A stretch of 64,000 nt of DNA from Pseudomonadota bacterium (GTDB lineage Bacteria; Bdellovibrionota_C; UBA2361; OMII01), in the NCBI GenBank assembly GCA_039799965.1, contig JBDLRS010000033.1, forward strand, positions 180 to 64,179, given 5' to 3'. The notes under the pieces are model-generated. The model was not told where the DNA came from and did not search any database. It saw only the letters and a program-made list of their open reading frames with translations. Each line of letters starts with the position of its first letter. The first letter of the stretch is position 1. Position numbers and translations under genes: made by a program. Shown here piece after piece: positions 62,055-64,000 of this stretch.

Positions 62055-62450
62055 GTGACCACAGCGCTCATTATTCTCGCGGGATGTGTCCTCGTTCTTG
62101 TTCCAAGCCTTCTCTTTGTGGTGCTCGTGCAGCCGATCTGGGCGTTTGTGGAGGTGTGCGGAACATCCCTCCTGGGCAGGGGAGGTAAAATTCTTTGGCT
62201 TCTTGCGCTTCTGATATTCACCGTCATAGGTAGTATTCCGTACGCGCTCTTTGTCTCTGCCTCGGCGGCGCTGCGGCAGGTAACCCTCGTATGCCTGTTG
62301 TTGATCGGTGTCATAGCCGGTATCGGATATGGCGTCATGCACTATAATCCGCATCTCAAGGACCAGGTTATGCGGCAGGTTAATGAGGCTCAAAGCGCCT
62401 ACTCCCACGTAAAGGATATCTCCGAACTGGCTAAGCGCGTAAAATGGTAG
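62055..62450 (+). CDS. Small integral membrane protein of 131 aa, about 4 TM
   Basis: Hydrophobic ORF. No family recognised. Confidence 0.4.
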   Translation: MTTALIILAGCVLVLVPSLLFVVLVQPIWAFVEVCGTSLLGRGGKILWLLALLIFTVIGSIPYALFVSASAALRQVTLVCLLLIGVIAGIGYGVMHYNPHLKDQVMRQVNEAQSAYSHVKDISELAKRVKW

Positions 62451-62460
62451 TGTAAGGCAT

Positions 62461-63936
62461 ATGCCAAAATGCCACTTCTCGATCAACAACGTTACATCCC
62501 TTGCATCGGTTCCGAAGGGAGGCAGGATCCACGTTATCGGTGTCGCCGGCGTCGCGATGGCGCAGCTCGCTGTTGAGCTCACAAAGCAGGGGTTCCTCGT
62601 CTCCGGTAGTGATAAAGATTTTTACGAGCCGATGGGAAGTTTCCTCCGAAACTCATCCGTGACGTTGTTCAAGGGATACGGGGCTACAAACGTTCCCTCG
62701 TCGGTTGACCTCGTCGTGATCGGGAACGCTGTCAGTTACGAAAACGTTGAGGTCGGTGTTGTCGAGCAGCGAAATCTTCCGTACACCTGTTTTCCACGGA
62801 TGCTGCACGAGACGATCATCGAGGGAAAGCGATCCATCGTTGTCACCGGTACGCACGGTAAGTCGACCACTACAGCGCTCATCGCCTCAACCATTTTTAA
62901 GTTAGGAGGCGACCCGAGTTACTTCGTGGGCGGAATAGCGCAAGACCTCCCGAGGAGCCTCGCTCGGGGCGAGGGTGCTTACAGCGTGGTGGAAGGTGAT
63001 GAGTACGACAGCGTTTTTTTCGCCAAGGTTCCGAAGTTCTCGTTCTATCATCCAGATATCTGCGTCATTAACGCTATCGAGTACGACCACGCCGATATCT
63101 ATCCAGATGTCGAGAGTATCATCCGGGTCTTTCGGGAGATGGTGGTGAAGATGCCGGCTCACGGAACTGTGCTGTGTTGTATCGATTATCCACATGTGAG
63201 GAACCTTGTGGATAATGTGAAGGGCTCGACCGCTAGCAGTATCGTTACGTTTGGAACTTCGCCTGATGCTGATATCTGCATCAGGCGAAGGGAGCAGGTA
63301 GGTCTTTCCCAACGCGTAACCGCTCGCACCGAAACGCAGGGAGAGTTCACCTTTTCTATCCCGATGAGCGGCGTATACAACGCCAAGAACGCGCTGGTGA
63401 CGATCGTTGTGGCGATGATGAGCGGGCATTCATTGGAGCAAGCGTGCGATGCGGTCGCTACCTTTAAAGCTGTGAAGCGTAGGCAAGAGGTGCGCTACGA
63501 TAAGCACGGGGTCACGCTGATAGAAGACTTCGCGCATCATCCAACGGCCGTGCACGAAACGCTCAGCGGTCTTCGAGAGGCGTTTCCTGGGCGAAAGATA
63601 TGGGGAGTGTTTGAGCCCCGTTCGAATACGAGCCGTCGAAAGGTATTTCAAGAACCATACGTCTCTGCATTTAAGAACGCGGATGAGGTAGTGCTGTGTC
63701 AGGTGGCGTCGCGAGAGACCGATGTGAATCAGGAGTTGCTCGATGTGGATACGTTGAGCAGCAAGATAGGAGAGGGAGGTACGTCATCACGTGTTTTTCC
63801 CGATGCCAAGGCTATTGAAGAGTTTCTCCTCACGCACATCGGCACGAATGATCTTATCGTGGTGATGTCGAACGGGTCCTTCGGTGGACTGCCGCAATCC
63901 CTTGAGAGCTCACTCCTGGCCCGCTTGGGCCGATAA
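62461..63936 (+). CDS. mpl: UDP-N-acetylmuramate:L-Ala-gamma-D-Glu-meso-DAP ligase (murein peptide ligase Mpl)
   Basis: Mur-ligase three-domain organisation. N-terminal IHVIGVAGVAMAQLA and the P-loop GTHGKSTTT. Length and domain order fit Mpl rather than MurC. Confidence 0.75.
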   Translation: MPKCHFSINNVTSLASVPKGGRIHVIGVAGVAMAQLAVELTKQGFLVSGSDKDFYEPMGSFLRNSSVTLFKGYGATNVPSSVDLVVIGNAVSYENVEVGVVEQRNLPYTCFPRMLHETIIEGKRSIVVTGTHGKSTTTALIASTIFKLGGDPSYFVGGIAQDLPRSLARGEGAYSVVEGDEYDSVFFAKVPKFSFYHPDICVINAIEYDHADIYPDVESIIRVFREMVVKMPAHGTVLCCIDYPHVRNLVDNVKGSTASSIVTFGTSPDADICIRRREQVGLSQRVTARTETQGEFTFSIPMSGVYNAKNALVTIVVAMMSGHSLEQACDAVATFKAVKRRQEVRYDKHGVTLIEDFAHHPTAVHETLSGLREAFPGRKIWGVFEPRSNTSRRKVFQEPYVSAFKNADEVVLCQVASRETDVNQELLDVDTLSSKIGEGGTSSRVFPDAKAIEEFLLTHIGTNDLIVVMSNGSFGGLPQSLESSLLARLGR

Positions 63937-64000
63937 ACAACTCTTGTAAAGAACCTTTCGCGCTCGTTGCGCTTTATAGCTTTCTAAACTTTGCCTTCAT

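Overview
This window reads as an origin-proximal core-chromosome segment of a Gram-negative bacterium at roughly 55-57% GC. Gene content, including a dihaem CoxB, a split atpBE pair and Mla and MoxR/vWA operons, suggests a delta-proteobacteria- or Bdellovibrionota-like lineage, but that is inference only. The backbone is a dnaA-dnaN-recF-gyrB block on the minus strand, with two separate clusters of DnaA boxes, one between dnaA and dnaN and one about 1.8 kb upstream of dnaA beyond an isolated atpB-atpE pair.

Other recognisable content is a ruvX-mltG-X-moxR-DUF58-vWA-vWA operon, a uvrD/pcrA-type helicase, rlmE, an mlaEFDC cluster, trxB, mnmG, glmU, a eukaryote-type icd, a caa3-type oxidase operon (sco1-coxBACD) and mpl.

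Mobile DNA is limited to one decayed IS5-family insertion sequence at 1309..2621, whose transposase carries a frameshift and an in-frame TAG, and a 184-bp MITE-like element at 31633..31816 with the same terminal inverted repeats.

The most unusual features are:
- a 1794-aa protein that is two complete UvrA units fused in tandem, with four ABC modules;
- a MutY-like glycosylase lacking the Fe-S cysteines and the C-terminal domain;
- a G15 homopolymer at the window start;
- a roughly 450-aa charged low-complexity protein heading the MoxR/vWA operon;
- a palindromic candidate operator between a DtxR/MntR-family regulator and the sco1-cox operon;
- several small unannotated ORFs with their own terminators.

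I found no rRNA, tRNA or CRISPR array. A tmRNA-like 5' motif was examined and rejected.
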